Below the pieces are notes generated by a model. That model saw nothing but the letters and a program-made list of their open reading frames with translations, ran no database searches and was not told where the DNA came from. From positions 1 through 56,983 of the forward strand of contig VEQC01000001.1 in assembly GCA_018883455.1 (NCBI GenBank): 56,983 bases of DNA, in the 5' to 3' direction. Positions 55,939-56,983 of the stretch are shown here, in pieces. The translations under genes were made by a program, and so were the position numbers. Position 1 is the stretch's first letter; each line of letters opens with the position of its first letter. This DNA comes from Limnohabitans sp. (GTDB taxonomy: Bacteria; Pseudomonadota; Gammaproteobacteria; Burkholderiales; Burkholderiaceae_C).

Positions 55939-56916
55939 TTACTTGCGGGCGAAGCCGTCCATGAGGGCCTTGCCTTCGGCGCCGGTTTTCTCAAGCCACT
56001 CTTTGAGAATGGTGTCACCCACCTTCTTCAAGTCGGCCTTGAGCTGGGGCGAGGGCGGGGTGACCGTCATGCCGTTGGCCTTGAGGGTCTCGAGGGTGGA
56101 GGTGTTGACCTTGCGCGATTCAGCCCAGCCGCGTGCCTCGGCATCGGCAGCGGCTTTGAGCACCGCGTCCTGGGTGGGTTTGTCGAGCGCATCAAAGGCC
56201 TTTTTGTTGGCGATCACGGCGTTCTTGGGCAACCAGGCCTGCACGTCATAGTAGAACTTGAGGTGTTCGTAGAGTTTGTTGTCCACGCCCGTGGCGCCGG
56301 AGGTCATGGTGGACTCCACCACGCCGGTGGCGAGCGCCTGCGAGAACTCCGCGGCTTGCACGGTCACGGGCTGTGCGCCCACGAGCTCGGCAATGCGCGC
56401 CGTGGTCGGGCTGTAGGCGCGCCACTTGATGCCCTTGAGGTCAGCGCCGCTGTTGATGGGTTTTTTGCTGTAAATGCCTTGGGGCGGCCAAGCCACGGAG
56501 TACAGCAGCACCATGCCTTGCTCGGCGAGCTTTTTCTCCATCAGGGGGCGCTGGGCTTTGTACAGGCCCAGGGCCTCGTCGTAGCTGTCGGCCAGGAAGG
56601 GCAGGCCGTCGGCCGCATAGATGGGCCACTCGTTGCTGAAGTTGGCGAGCAAAATCTCGCCCACCGGGGCCTGTCCGCCTTGCACGGCGCGCTTGATCTC
56701 GGGGGCTTTGAAGAGCGACGCGTTGGCGTGCACCGTGATCTTGAGCTTGCCCGCGCTGGCTTTGTCCACATCGGCGGCGAAGCGCTCGAGGTTTTGGGTG
56801 TGGAAATTGGTGGCCGGGTAGCCGGCGGGCAAATCCCATTTGGTTTGGGCCTGCGCGAGGCCGGCACTGGCGATCAAGGTGGCGGCAAGGGTCAAAGAAA
56901 ACACACGGCGTTTCAT
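55939..56916 (-). CDS. TRAP substrate-binding protein (DctP)
   Basis: Signal peptide; WDLPAGYP, NASLFK, WPPQG, LKGIKWR; AGGAG RBS. Confidence 0.92.
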   Translation of the reverse strand: MKRRVFSLTLAATLIASAGLAQAQTKWDLPAGYPATNFHTQNLERFAADVDKASAGKLKITVHANASLFKAPEIKRAVQGGQAPVGEILLANFSNEWPIYAADGLPFLADSYDEALGLYKAQRPLMEKKLAEQGMVLLYSVAWPPQGIYSKKPINSGADLKGIKWRAYSPTTARIAELVGAQPVTVQAAEFSQALATGVVESTMTSGATGVDNKLYEHLKFYYDVQAWLPKNAVIANKKAFDALDKPTQDAVLKAAADAEARGWAESRKVNTSTLETLKANGMTVTPPSPQLKADLKKVGDTILKEWLEKTGAEGKALMDGFARK

Positions 56917-56983
56917 GGAATCTCCTAGCGGGAGGGTTGAACCATCCTGCGCGTGCGGTCAAACACGGCACAGGCCTTAAGGG

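Overview
GC-rich bacterial chromosomal window, most consistent with a betaproteobacterium (Burkholderiales-like proteins; inference), with about 55 supportable genes. I saw no rRNA, tRNA, CRISPR array, transposase or integrase. (1) 1-8.6 kb is an accessory stress/defence-like block around an HTH-WYL-WCX regulator. It holds a NERD nuclease-SF1 helicase, a DUF3857/transglutaminase-like protein missed by the ORF track, a vWA protein, an exported 16-aa-repeat protein and several hypotheticals. A palindrome GGCTCA-N5-TGAGCC recurs in four of its intergenic regions, each time 10 nt upstream of a -10-like hexamer, which mirrors the geometry of WYL-activated PafBC promoters. This candidate local WYL regulon is the strongest novel signal. 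(2) 8.7-12.2 kb: aapJQM-type ABC genes without an ATPase, plus a GNAT. (3) 12.3-25 kb: hutCDIGF/hutU with no hutH, followed by a PhyH-family Fe(II)/2OG dioxygenase and a Liv-type ABC transporter. (4) 25-36 kb: mixed metabolic genes, a sigma54-type promoter with a hairpin leader, and IorAB + TRAP + DUF3237. (5) 36.2-50 kb: an orphan GntR-controlled catabolic operon (Liv ABC, LeuCD-like, hydantoinase/oxoprolinase B/A, Cys-less isochorismatase-family protein, FAD flavoprotein, ICL/PEP-mutase-family lyase). (6) 50-57 kb: an AT-richer convergent DUF488 pair, an LMW-PTP/pterin carbinolamine dehydratase fusion, an MFS transporter, Hsp15 and a second TRAP system. Family calls come from motif recognition by eye, not from database searches.
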